From: an uncultured bacterium
GTDB lineage: Bacteria > Chloroflexota > UBA5177 > JANWHV01
Assembly: GCA_963827235.1 (NCBI GenBank)
Contig: CAWHAE010000012.1
Coordinates: forward strand, 448,001-512,000
DNA length: 64,000 nucleotides
Direction: 5' to 3'
A program made the translations under genes and the position numbers. Numbering within the stretch: the first letter of the stretch is position 1; each line of letters starts with the position of its first letter. Below, piece by piece: positions 42,916 to 52,804 of the stretch. Below the pieces are notes generated by a model, which worked only from the letters and a program-made list of their open reading frames with translations, was not told the origin of the DNA and did not search any database.

Positions 42916-45448
42916 TCACTGGCAGACCACGTCGTAGACGGGCGTGCCGGTCTGCCGCTCGATGGAGTACCGGTAGGCACCACCCCGGCACGGATTGACC
43001 ACTGCCGGATCGGTGGTGGTCACGATGGTCGTGCCGGCTGGTGGCCGCCCGGCGTACGGGGAGTACGGCGGCGTGAGGCCGTCTTCGGCTCCCGCCGGTG
43101 TGCTCTCCGAACCGGGCAGCGTGCCCGCGGCGAAGAGGTCGGTCGTCCCGTACGGGCTGAGCTGCACGCTTACCGGCTCGCCGCCGGACCAAACCGGCGC
43201 CACCGTCGCCGTGATGATCCCGGGCGGCTCGATGAACTGCTCCGGCAGCGTGTTCTGCGTGGCCGCCTGCATGAACTGGTGCCAGGCCGGCGCCGCCCCG
43301 CTGATCCCGGTCGTCCCCTCCATCGGCGTGTCGTTGGGATTGCCTACCCAGACCCCGGCCACCAGGCTGGGCGTGTAGCCCAGGGTCAGGTTGTCCTTGA
43401 AGTCGCTCGTTGTGCCGGTCTTGCTCGCTACCGGCCGGTCGGGCAGGGCCAGGAGCGAGTAGGCTGCCTCGCCGAACGCCGGTACTTTGGCCGCCGTGTC
43501 GCTCAGGATGCTCGTGATCAGGTAGGCGAACTGCGGCGCGATGACCTGCGTGCCCTTGGGCGTCTGGTAGCGCCAGAGCAGCTGCTTGCCGCCGCCGGGT
43601 AGCTCCCGGTAGATGGCCAGGATGGGCATGTACGGCCGGTAGACGCCCAGGTTGGCGAAGACCGCGTAGCCGTTCACCTCGTCGAGCAGCCGGCCCGGGT
43701 CGGCGCCCAGCGTCATCGCCAGCCCCAGCTCGTGCGGCTTCTGGATCTGCAGATGGTAGCCCACGGCGTTGGTGGTCTGCAACACCTCGGCGATGCCTGA
43801 CTGCCCCAGCGAGGCCAGCGTCTTCACTGCCGGCACGTTGTAGGAGTTGGCCAGGGCCTGGCGCAGCGTCACCACGCCGTGGTAGCTCAGGTCGTAATTG
43901 GTCGGCGTGTACGGTGGCAGACCCGGGCCTTGGGGATAGGAGACAGGGGCGTCGAGGATCGACTCGGCTGGCACGTGCCCGTGCTCAAAGGCCGTCACGT
44001 ACATGAACGGCTTGAAGGAGGAGCCGGCCTGCCGGGGCTGCCAGGCCATGTCGTACTGCGCGCCGTTGGTCGGCGCGTTGTATCCCACGCCGCCCACGTA
44101 GGCCAGGATCTCGTTGCTCTGTGGGTCGATAGCCACCAGCGCCCCATCGCTGATGTTCAGATAGCTGTTGGCTGCCACTTGCTGATCGATGGCCGCTTGC
44201 GCTTCGTCCTGCAGGTTCGAGTTCAACGTGGTCTGGAATATGAAACCGCGGTAGATGTCCTGCGGCTGCTGCAGGCCGGGAATGCCGAACTGGCGCAGGT
44301 TGGAGGGCTGGCTGAGATAGTCGCTGAGCAGCCAGTGCACGAAGTACGACTCGTTGGTCGTATCCACGGCCTGCGTCGAGAGGGTCTTGAAGACGTAGCG
44401 CAGCGGTTCGGCGAGCGCGGTCTGTTCCTGGGTGGGCGAGATGTGGTGGTCGGCGAGCATGCCCTGCAGGACGAGATGCTGGCGGGCTTTGGCGCGGCCC
44501 GGGTAGGCGCGCGGGTCGTAGGCAGCGGGCGACTGGGGCAGACCCGCCAGCAGCGCCGACTGTGCCAGGTCGAGCTGAGCGGCGTGCTCGCCGAAGAAGT
44601 ATTCCGCTGCCGCCTCCACCCCGTCAATGTCGCCGCCGTTCGTGCCGTAGGTGACGGTGTTGAGATACATCTGCAGGATGGCGTCCTTACGGCAGCGCAG
44701 GTCGCAGTGTGCGACGTCGCGGGTCAGGCCGATGGCGATCAGCATCTCCCGGAACTTCATCTGCAGCCCGTTTTGGTCCAGCTTGGCGGGCGTCCACGCC
44801 GCCGGGCCGAAGTCCGCCAGCTTGACGAGCTGCTGCGTAATGGTCGAGGCGCCCTGCAGGTCGCCGTGGCCCAGCAGGTCGGTCTTCGCTGCACTGAGGA
44901 TGCGCAGGGGGTCGATGCCGGGGTCGGTGTAGAACGTGCGATTCTCGGTATCCAGGGTGGCCCAGACCATGAGCTGCGGGATGTCCTGCAAGGAGACCAG
45001 CAGACGCGTGCCCAGGGTGGGGTCGGCCAGCTGGGCCAGCGTGTCGCCTGCTCGAATCCTCGATCAGGCTGACGGCGACGGGCTGGCTCTCGTAGGCGGC
45101 CACAGCCTGCACGCCGGCCGGCACCACCGCCTGGTAGTAGCGGACGACCACGAGTGCCGCCACACACAAGACGGCGGCCAGTAGGAGCGAGCCCGCGGCA
45201 ATGCCGCAGAGCACCATGCTCGCGAGCACGGCCGGCAGCGAGCTGCCGTGCGAGACTGGCCGTGCCAGGCCCCTCCGCGCGAGCCGGGCATAGCGCGGTG
45301 CACCTCGGCTGCTTCGCGTGCCGGATGCGTCGACCGTGGCGAGCGGGGCCAGGTGGATCAGGCGCACCGACGAGTGAGCAGCGGAGCGCCGCAACCGCAG
45401 CGGGGATGACGGCAGAGGATGCCGCTCCGACAAGGTTCGTGCGAACAT
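42916..45448 (-). CDS. Class A penicillin-binding protein (transglycosylase + transpeptidase); +1 frameshift near 45056
   Basis: N-terminal TM; GASTITQQL, MYLN, LAGLPQSP; GSSFKP, SYN, KTGT. Confidence 0.9.
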
Positions 45449-45529
45449 AGGCTGGCCTGCCGGTCACGATGTGTCTCTGTCAAGAGTGTAGTCCACCGCC
45501 TCGAACCTGTATACGGTCGCTGATCCACT

Positions 45530-45716
45530 GGGTGTAGTTCAGGGTTTTGGAAGTGCAGAGGAGGTAGGTTGAGAGGATAGGGTGGGCCAGGCAGCAGCGG
45601 CGGAGCGGGCAGCGGGTAGGGCCGGCGTGGGAGGCGTTCACGGATCTGCGGGGGTGGCGGGAACTGCACCCGCGCGCGACGCTGCGGGAGATTGAGCAGC
45701 AACTGGATCGGCGCTC
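45530..45716 (+). mobile_element. Left-end remnant of a second ISKra4-like element
   Basis: TIR-like GGGTGTAGTTCAGG start then WRELHPRATLREIEQQLD, resembling an ISKra4-type N-terminus. Confidence 0.5.
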
Positions 45717-46094
45717 CGCGCCTCCTGCCGAGTCGGTGAGGCACTTACCCACTCGGGTACCGGTGGCACACGGCCCGAATGGGGCTTCCCACAATGCCAC
45801 AGGTCCCGCACGCTAGATGTATCGAACGCTGCGCTGTACTGTTTGTCGAGGTGTTCCGATGGTAGATGCCAAGTTCCTCGCGGTGACCAGACAGGAAGCG
45901 GAATTGCTGCTGGACAGTTTCAAAGTCTCCAACCCGCTCACCCGCGATATCGCCCTCAAGGCCGCAAGCGTGGTGCTTGAATTCGCCGCGCAGGACAGCA
46001 TCCGGGACGCACGGGACATTGTCGGCAGCGCGTGGACTGTTGCAGTGGACGGCGAGTGCAGCTGAGGAGATCGCTCCCCACAACTGCACGTTCC

Positions 46095-46200
46095 AGGCGA
46101 TCAACAGGTGCCGGCATTGCTGCTGATCATGCTTCTTCGTGCGGGCCGCTGCCATGGCGGCTTCGGTCAAGACGCGGCGAATGGACGAGTACTCTTGGTG
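46095..46200 (-). pseudogene. IS110-like transposase scrap
   Basis: IRRVLTEAAMAAARTK motif. Confidence 0.4.
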
Positions 46201-46289
46201 CGCGTGAGCGTGCGCTGGTGTGGACCCAGTGCGCACTCTTTCCGCACTCTTTCCGCGCTCAGCCGCCGTTCTTGCGGAAGGATGCCTGC

Positions 46290-46555
46290 TGCACGCAGCG
46301 GGTGGTCTGCTCGGCGGTCGCCGCCGTCCAAGAGAATGGCATGGCCTTCCGGCGCGTGAGCGGCCGCCTGGCCCGCGACTGCTGGGTCCAGCCCAGCAAG
46401 GCGACCATCCGACGCTGCTGCCGCGCCGCCGGCGGCGTTGTCCTCGATGAGGCCTATCAGGAGTGGATCGTCATCGAGTTGTCGGGCATCCTGTGCGTCG
46501 AAGACGTGTACAAGCGTGACCTGGCCCTGCTGCTGGCGGTCGACCCGTCCGCGTA
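46290..46555 (+). pseudogene. Transposase remnant
   Basis: GMAFRRVSGRLARDCWVQPSKATIRRCC..SGILCVEDVY..LALLLAVDP, HTH plus degraded DDE start. Confidence 0.5.
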
Positions 46556-46788
46556 CATGGAAGCCGGCCAGCACGACGATCGGCACGGGTAGCGTTACCG
46601 TGACCTGCACGGTGAGCGGTCAGACCGCGAGCGGTACAGCAGCCTTCACACTAAGCTGATTCTGCCGAGATCGACGCTGAGAGTTGCGGGGAACTGGTCA
46701 TGCTTCAGGCCAGGGTTACACAATCAAAGTCAGCGGGCCAGCGTCGATTCTCGTCAATGTATACGTGGTAGACGTCGTGCGACGGAAT

Positions 46789-47290
46789 TCATTCTACGCC
46801 GAAGATCTCTTCTACCGTGCTCCGCATCTCCTCAAACAACTCCGGGTTTGACTGAGTCTCTTCAAACACCAAGTGGTCAACGCGCTGACGGGGACCACGT
46901 GACGTCAAAAAACTCGAGGTTTGACTGAGTCTCTTCAAGCACCCTCACCAGCGATCGATACCACCACTTCTGCTTGTCACGGCCGGCATTGAATCTGCTC
47001 CACACACTATCACCCAGGCGGCGATAGTCGCGCAACGTAGCCCGGGCGTTGTTCAGCTAGTCTGCCAGTGCGACAAGTCTGACGGGCGAGGTCGCCTCGC
47101 GCAGGTGGTGAAGATACGTCTCTTTGCGCTCCTGCCACGGTGGTTTGGGAAGTTGATCCGTTTCGGAACAGCCACTCACGATTTCGGCCACCGTGTCGCC
47201 GAAAAGATCGCGGATCCGCTGCAGCGTGGGTGCGCTGCCTTGATCTTCGACGGCGTCAAGCAGTAGTGCGGCAATGGCTGATAGTGGACA
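46789..47290 (-). pseudogene. HD-domain (Mesh1/small alarmone hydrolase-like) pseudogene
   Basis: AIAALLLDAVED, FGDTVAEIVSGCSE, KPPWQERK, ALAD*LNNAR (in-frame TAG at 47057-47059), VWSRFNAG..WWYRSL. Confidence 0.8.
46832..46943 (+). repeat. 39-bp imperfect direct repeat, period 73 bp
   Basis: TCAAACAACTCCGGGTTTGACTGAGTCTCTTCAAACACC vs TCAAAAAACTCGAGGTTTGACTGAGTCTCTTCAAGCACC (4 mismatches). Confidence 0.85.
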
Positions 47291-47364
47291 GTACGGCCCA
47301 GGAACTCAACGGTGCGGCGCTCATAACCGGGTGACATGCACCGTGCACCTCTCCCTTGGCACGC

Positions 47365-47676
47365 CGAGCATGCGCGGTAATATTGCTGACAAAGAACATG
47401 GTCCTTGGTGCTCCCACGATCTACCAGGGATCGGTGAACAGCACGTCGTTCCGCGTGGGCGAGCTGTTCCGGGAGGCGATCCGCCAGAACGCGGCGTCGA
47501 TGATTCTGGTGCACAACCATCCAAGCGGCGATCCCTCGCCCAGTGCGGAGGACATCCAGGTCACGCGCGTGGTCGTGGAAGCCGGCCGAATGCTGGACGT
47601 GGAGGTGCTGGACCACCTGGTGATCGGGCACGGCAAGTACGTGAGCCTCAAGGAGCGACGGCTCGGGTTTGGGTGA
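47365..47676 (+). pseudogene. radC: Second copy of the radC 3' half (JAB domain), 5' half missing
   Basis: [58 protein letters not shown], nearly identical in protein to 8453-8719. Confidence 0.92.
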
Positions 47677-48628
47677 CAAGCCTCCGGCTGCGGCCGAATG
47701 GAAGGGCCGGCGGCTGCGGCCGGTTGAACCGGGCGCGTGAAGATTTCGCGGGACGATGTTGCGCTGCCTGTACGCACAGGGGCGAGGGTACATTCGTTTC
47801 GCAGTTTTGTACCAGGGCAGGCAGATTGCCCGGGCGAGGATGCGCTGATTCGGGCACGGCACCGGCGGGGACGTTCGGCGACATGAGAGCTCCGGCACCC
47901 GGCAGCAAGCGCGCGATTGAGGAGACAGTGGCGGGCGGGGTCGTAGGGGGATGCGGCGTTGCGGGCGCCTGGGCGGTCTGGGGTGATGGGGAGTTCGTTT
48001 CGCAGTCTTGCGCGATCTCGGGCCGGTTGCCGGCGGCTGCGCGGGCTGAGCCGGGCACGGTGCCGCCGGGAATTGGCGGCGGGAGGGCGTCACCTTCGGC
48101 CACTGACCGCGCCGCACGGAGGGCCTGGATGTGGTCGAGCTGATGCAGCGTGCGGGTGAGTTCGCGTGAGAGGTGCGCTTCGTAGCGCATGATCAGCTCG
48201 ACGGTGGGGGCGGCCGGCAGGCTGGGGCTCAGAAAGGGGGTGGTCCGCTGGGCGGCGAACATGCGGCCCACGCGGGTGGCCTGCCGCCCGCGCTCCCAGA
48301 AGGCGGCTTCGAAGTCCATGGCGCCACTTTGGTCCGTGGGCCGCTGGTCAGGGTGGGGCAGGACGGCGTCGATGGCTTCGGCTTCGTAGCGGGCGAGGCG
48401 GGCAAGTCGCCAATGCAGGTGGGCGACGCGCTTGGCGATGGCGAGCTCGAGCAGGCCGATGGGAGCGAGCGTCTCGACGGTCTGGGCGGAGAAGGCCTCC
48501 CATTCGGCAGTAGATTCGTAGGTGCCGAGGACGGTGGCGGCGCTGAGCAGGCCGTGGCGGGTGGCGTTGCGCGAGGAGGCGGCCTTGCCGGCGGCAGTAC
48601 GGGGACCAGTCGCGTTGGCGGTGGACAT
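47648..48628 (-). CDS. Uncharacterised protein of the TGPRTxxGKxxSSRNAxxHGL family
   Basis: N-terminal motif, [29 protein letters not shown]; AAGGAG RBS; low-complexity duplicated tail. Confidence 0.8.
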   Translation of the reverse strand: MSTANATGPRTAAGKAASSRNATRHGLLSAATVLGTYESTAEWEAFSAQTVETLAPIGLLELAIAKRVAHLHWRLARLARYEAEAIDAVLPHPDQRPTDQSGAMDFEAAFWERGRQATRVGRMFAAQRTTPFLSPSLPAAPTVELIMRYEAHLSRELTRTLHQLDHIQALRAARSVAEGDALPPPIPGGTVPGSARAAAGNRPEIAQDCETNSPSPQTAQAPATPHPPTTPPATVSSIARLLPGAGALMSPNVPAGAVPESAHPRPGNLPALVQNCETNVPSPLCVQAAQHRPAKSSRARFNRPQPPALPFGRSRRLVTQTRAVAP

Positions 48629-48750
48629 GGGAGCGACTCCTTTCGGCGAACGAGGCCTCCGGATGCGTCCAGATGGAAGGGATCCCCACTGCGGTGGGTG
48701 CCCGCCGGCTGCGGCCGGGGCCGGGCGCGCAGCATCGAGGGCGGCGATAT

Positions 48751-48805
48751 TAGTATCTATGTTCTAGTATCGAGCTCATCATAGCACGGTATTTCCCGTT
48801 GTCAA
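48751..48805 (-). promoter_or_regulatory. sigma70 promoter with downstream LexA (SOS)-like box
   Basis: TTGACA-N16-TATGAT with extended TG (48805-48778); TAGAAC-ATAG-ATACTA at 48766-48751. Confidence 0.55.
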
Positions 48806-48869
48806 GGAAGACACGTTGAAGGAGGTCAGTCAGTATCACGGTTGGCTCAACCAGACCGAGAGCCCAAGC

Positions 48870-49226
48870 TTCACGCTACGACGTCAAACCACGCTACTGG
48901 TAACCGTGGCGTGCTCATAGACGCGTGCGACGGTCACAGTGTCACTGCTGCTCCTGGACTCCTCGTGCCAAGTCCAGGTCAGCGTGCCGGAGGTTGGGAC
49001 AACCGCCTGGGACATGTGTGGCGCGCCGGAACGAGGTTGGCACCATGCCGTTGTAGGTGATGCTCGGCGCACAGCTCGCGCCGGCATGAGTGCGCAGGTG
49101 CATCGTCGCAGCCGTGTTGTACATCATCAGGTTCGGCGTCACCGCCACGGTGAACTTCCAGACTGCCGCTTGCGCCGGGAGCATGCCTGACAGGGCTGCC
49201 AGGATCGCCGCGATCAGTACGCGCAT
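48870..49226 (-). pseudogene. Small secreted protein, frameshifted
   Basis: Signal peptide MRVLIAAILAALSGMLPAQA, AGASC..ITY; continues in another frame as WTWHEES..VTV. Confidence 0.5.
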
Positions 49227-49499
49227 GGAGCCTTCACTCTTCCTCCATGACGCTTGAGCTTGCCCGCCTCATCGATACACCAAGGGTAAGCCCCGCGAAA
49301 GGCGCGCAGCCGAAGGGTTTTCCCTGGCGCCAATCTGCCACATCCTGCTTGCTAGGCAGGGCAAAGTGGCGAACTCTGTGGTTGCACCGGGAGCGATCAT
49401 CGTTTGGCATCATGAAGTCTCGGCTGCGCCGGTTCGTGTTGGGAGGTCTGCATGTCTAGAGATCCACTGGATACCCGGACCTCGATCTTTAGCACCGCG

Positions 49500-51251
49500 T
49501 CAGGCCGGGCCTTCGAGTAGGCGGCGCATGCGGTAGGTGCCGGCTGCCAGGGCGGCAGCGCTGATGGCGATCGTCAGCGCGAACATCGCGCCTATGCCCG
49601 CTGCCACCCGGGCGGCATCGCTGGGCGCGGAGACAAGGATGAGCACCAGCAGCGTGCAGATGCCGCCGACCAGCGCGAGGCCGCCGAATGCGCCCGCGAA
49701 CTGCGCCGGACCACTGACCTGGCGATTGGGAGCGCTCCAGTCCAGGCGCGGCCAGATCAGGCTCAACACCAGGAGCATGCCGTTCAGGGCGATCACCAGG
49801 AACGCCACGGTGACGAAACACAACAGGGCCTTGAGCAGCGCCAGCTTCAGTAGCACCACTCCCGCGACCATGACTGCCTCGACTATCGCCAGCGGGGGCA
49901 GGGCGCAGAAAGCCCACTTCACCAGCACCACGTCGCGTGGCGCGATGGGCGCGAGAGCAAGAATGTTCAGTGCCCGGCCCTCCCGATTCACGACCCGGAG
50001 TGCCATGAAGCCGACGCCCAGAAGATAGACGCACAATCCCAGCGTCGTGAAGAAGGTGATAATCGACGCCGAGTGCGAGGCACCGGAAGGATTGAATGCG
50101 CGATAGAGCCCAAAGAGAACGATCGCAAGGGGATAGACCATTCGCGCCCAGAGCTGGGGATCGCGCTTCAGCGATCGCCATTCCTTCCGCCACAACGGCC
50201 TCCATATCGTGGCGAGGACGATCCCGTTCGTGGCCCCGGTCGGCGCTGCTATACCCTCGGAGACGTTTATCGAGGCGAGTGGTGCGGCGGACCGTGGGAC
50301 CGCCGAGCGAGTGCCGGCGGCGCTCGTCTTGCGCCGACCGCCGACTTCCTGATACGTTGCCCAGCCGGTGGCAAACAGATAGGCCGTGAGTACCACCGCG
50401 GTGCCGGCCAGCACGACACCGAGCACGATCTCACCGGCGAGGTACCCGGCCGCATTCGCGGCATGCGTTTGCGCCGTGGCTGCCAGTGCGTTGCCCGGCC
50501 ACGTCGTGGGGAGGCTCTGCCACCATGCATGCGAAGATTGGGCCAGCAGCGACCGCAAATCCGCACTCTGGTGTCCGGAGCCCTTGTTCGCCAGCAATTG
50601 TGTGCCGATGTAGAAGGCAACCGCCATCAGGCTGCCCATGACTACCGTAATCGTGCGCGCCCAGCGCGGCGGCAGCCAGCGAAGGACGGCCACGAGAACG
50701 ATCTGGGACACGGCGACGGGAGCAACCGGCATGAACAGCAGCGCCACCACGGCCACGGCGGCGTAGCCCGGCCCGAGGCTCAACGAAAACCCCACGCCCA
50801 GCAGAATGGGCAGTCCCACGAGCAAGATCAGTGCCGATAGCTGAGCATTGACGTACAGGAACTTCTCGATCATGATCAGGCGCGGCGACAGTGGCGTCAG
50901 CAGGAGCAGCCGCAGGTCGCTGTTGTACGTGTACGTGGCGAGTACCGCGGGAATGGCGAAGAGAAACACCATCACCGTAGCAGCCGACGAGACCCATGTG
51001 AGCAGTGGCGCGAGCACCAGCCGGCCGGTCGCGCCACCTACGACGTCGACGAGTCGGCTCGCCAGGCTGAAGGCCACGAACTCTACCACGCCGGCGATCA
51101 CCGCATAGCGCAACAGACCCAGGTGGGGACGGGCCGTCGTCGCGCCGCGCCGGCCGGGTGCCGGGTGCAGCAACATGTGAAGCCGTGCTCGGATCAGCGC
51201 GACCAATGCGCCTCGGGCATCGGTGCTGCCGTCCGAAAGTCTGTCGCTCAT
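49500..51251 (-). CDS. ABC exporter permease (large multi-TM type)
   Basis: About 12 TM, DLRLLLLTPLS, WRKEWRSLKRDP, NREG..LAPI; overlaps the ATPase stop. Confidence 0.85.
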   Translation of the reverse strand: MSDRLSDGSTDARGALVALIRARLHMLLHPAPGRRGATTARPHLGLLRYAVIAGVVEFVAFSLASRLVDVVGGATGRLVLAPLLTWVSSAATVMVFLFAIPAVLATYTYNSDLRLLLLTPLSPRLIMIEKFLYVNAQLSALILLVGLPILLGVGFSLSLGPGYAAVAVVALLFMPVAPVAVSQIVLVAVLRWLPPRWARTITVVMGSLMAVAFYIGTQLLANKGSGHQSADLRSLLAQSSHAWWQSLPTTWPGNALAATAQTHAANAAGYLAGEIVLGVVLAGTAVVLTAYLFATGWATYQEVGGRRKTSAAGTRSAVPRSAAPLASINVSEGIAAPTGATNGIVLATIWRPLWRKEWRSLKRDPQLWARMVYPLAIVLFGLYRAFNPSGASHSASIITFFTTLGLCVYLLGVGFMALRVVNREGRALNILALAPIAPRDVVLVKWAFCALPPLAIVEAVMVAGVVLLKLALLKALLCFVTVAFLVIALNGMLLVLSLIWPRLDWSAPNRQVSGPAQFAGAFGGLALVGGICTLLVLILVSAPSDAARVAAGIGAMFALTIAISAAALAAGTYRMRRLLEGPA

Positions 51252-52054
51252 GGGGCGGCAAGCTCCCGCGCCGCGGCCCGCTCGTCTTCACTGTCCCCGG
51301 TCAGGCGCAAGAAAATGTCTTCCAGGCTTTCGTCGCGTGTGCCGTGCGCCGCCCGGCGCAGCTCGTCCAGTGAGCCCTGCGCGATGAGACGGCCAGCGTC
51401 GATGATCGCCACCCGGTCGCAGATTGCCTGGGCGATCTCCAGAATATGCGTGCACAGCAGAACCGCTCTGCCCTGCCCGGCAAGCGACCGTATGGTGTCC
51501 TTTAGCAATCGCGCGCTGCGCGGGTCCAGGCCGACCGTCGGCTCATCCAGGAAGAGCAATTGCGGATTATGAATGAGCGTGCCCGAAAGCGCCGTCTTCT
51601 GCTTCATGCCATGCGAGTAGCCCACGATCTGGCTGTCTGCTGCATCGCCCAAGTCGAAGTACTCCAGAAGCTGTCCGACGCGCGCCGCTAGCCGGTCGGT
51701 GGCGCCATACAGCTCACCCATCAGCGTGATGAACTCTCGCGCGGTGAGTCGATCGTAGAGGTATGGCTCGTCCGGTACGTATCCGATCAGCGGCTTCACG
51801 CGCTGGGCAGCAGTTATCACGTCATAGCCGGCCACCCTGACGCTGCCGGCCGTCGGCCGGAGCAGTCCGGTGCACATGCTGATGGTGGTGGTCTTCCCGG
51901 CCCCGTTGGGTCCGAGCACCCCAAGAACTTCGCCCGGGTGGACGCTCAGAGAGAGGTCGCCCACGGCGGTGAAGTCGCCGAAGCGCTTCACCAGGTGTTC
52001 GGCCTCCAGCAGAGGCCGCGATTGGCGACTACGGCCTTCGGTATCGGCATCCAT
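51248..52054 (-). CDS. ABC transporter ATP-binding protein
   Basis: GPNGAGKTT, YSHGMKQK, LFLDEPT, CTH. Confidence 0.95.
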   Translation of the reverse strand: MDADTEGRSRQSRPLLEAEHLVKRFGDFTAVGDLSLSVHPGEVLGVLGPNGAGKTTTISMCTGLLRPTAGSVRVAGYDVITAAQRVKPLIGYVPDEPYLYDRLTAREFITLMGELYGATDRLAARVGQLLEYFDLGDAADSQIVGYSHGMKQKTALSGTLIHNPQLLFLDEPTVGLDPRSARLLKDTIRSLAGQGRAVLLCTHILEIAQAICDRVAIIDAGRLIAQGSLDELRRAAHGTRDESLEDIFLRLTGDSEDERAAARELAAP

Positions 52055-52804
52055 ACGTGCCTTCCCAGCGGAGCGGGCAGACAGAAGAGTAGCGTCGGTG
52101 GCCCGACCTTCGCCTACCATGCTAGCGCTCCCGCGGCTTCCGGCCCACCGTACCGCGGCCGGGCGGGTACGCGCGGAGACCGGTTGTGGGGCTGCCCGTG
52201 TCGAGAAAGACGGTCTCAAGGCGCGTAGTCCCGTGTGTGGTGACGGTGCGGCCCGACTCACCGGCTTGGCCGAGCCGCGGCAGCGTGGTCATGCAGTGAT
52301 TCCATCGTGCATCTACGAATGCTTGACACAGAGATGTACGATCGAGGGTGGATACACGGCCGGATCCCGCGAACGAGTGCCCAGCCCGGCGCGCCGAACA
52401 GACTGACCCCGTCCGATCGCTCCGGAACCGATCCGCGCGGAGGGCATGATGCGATGCCCGGGTCGAGTCGCCGGCTTGACAGCGACCGTCGAGCACTGCG
52501 GGTGTGCTCGAGCAGGCGCGGTTGCCCGCCCTGTTCTTGCCGGGGCACCCGACGTGCCGTGGCCGCCGCACCACGTTCTGCTGGCCCTTCTCCAGCGCGA
52601 TCGCCGGCAGCCTAGTCGCCGGACCTTCACACCCACTAGGGAGCCCGCCGCCGGCGCCCGAACAGCCAAGCGGTCCAGACTGCAGGCCGCAGCCCCGGGC
52701 CGGCGCCTTCCCGTACAACGTTCGGGAAAGGAGGTCTCCAGCTGGTGAAGTGGAGTAGAGCGCGCCGGCGTCGTTTGGCCCGGCGCTGATTGGAGCGGGG
52801 GCCA

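Larger units (their letters stand above)
8456..47429. mobile_element. Putative degenerate genomic island (~39 kb) integrated in radC
   Basis: Direct copies of the radC 3' half at both ends; identical 17-mer CCCACGATCTACCAGGG at 8456-8472 and 47413-47429; interior rich in pseudogenes and IS remnants; no integrase seen. Confidence 0.55.

Noticed and set aside
45501-45515. LexA-like box CGAAC-CTGT-ATACG upstream of the PBP
   Set aside because: Weak match, next to an IS remnant, with no clear promoter geometry.
46832-46943. CRISPR-like mini-array (two 39-bp repeats, 34-bp spacer)
   Set aside because: Only two imperfect copies, no cas genes, and both translate as the C-terminus of the HD-domain pseudogene on the minus strand.
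49280-49330. c-di-GMP-I riboswitch suggested by a GCGAAAG loop
   Set aside because: Lacks the conserved GGCAAAC..GGACGCAAAG context and a convincing P1/P2 fold.
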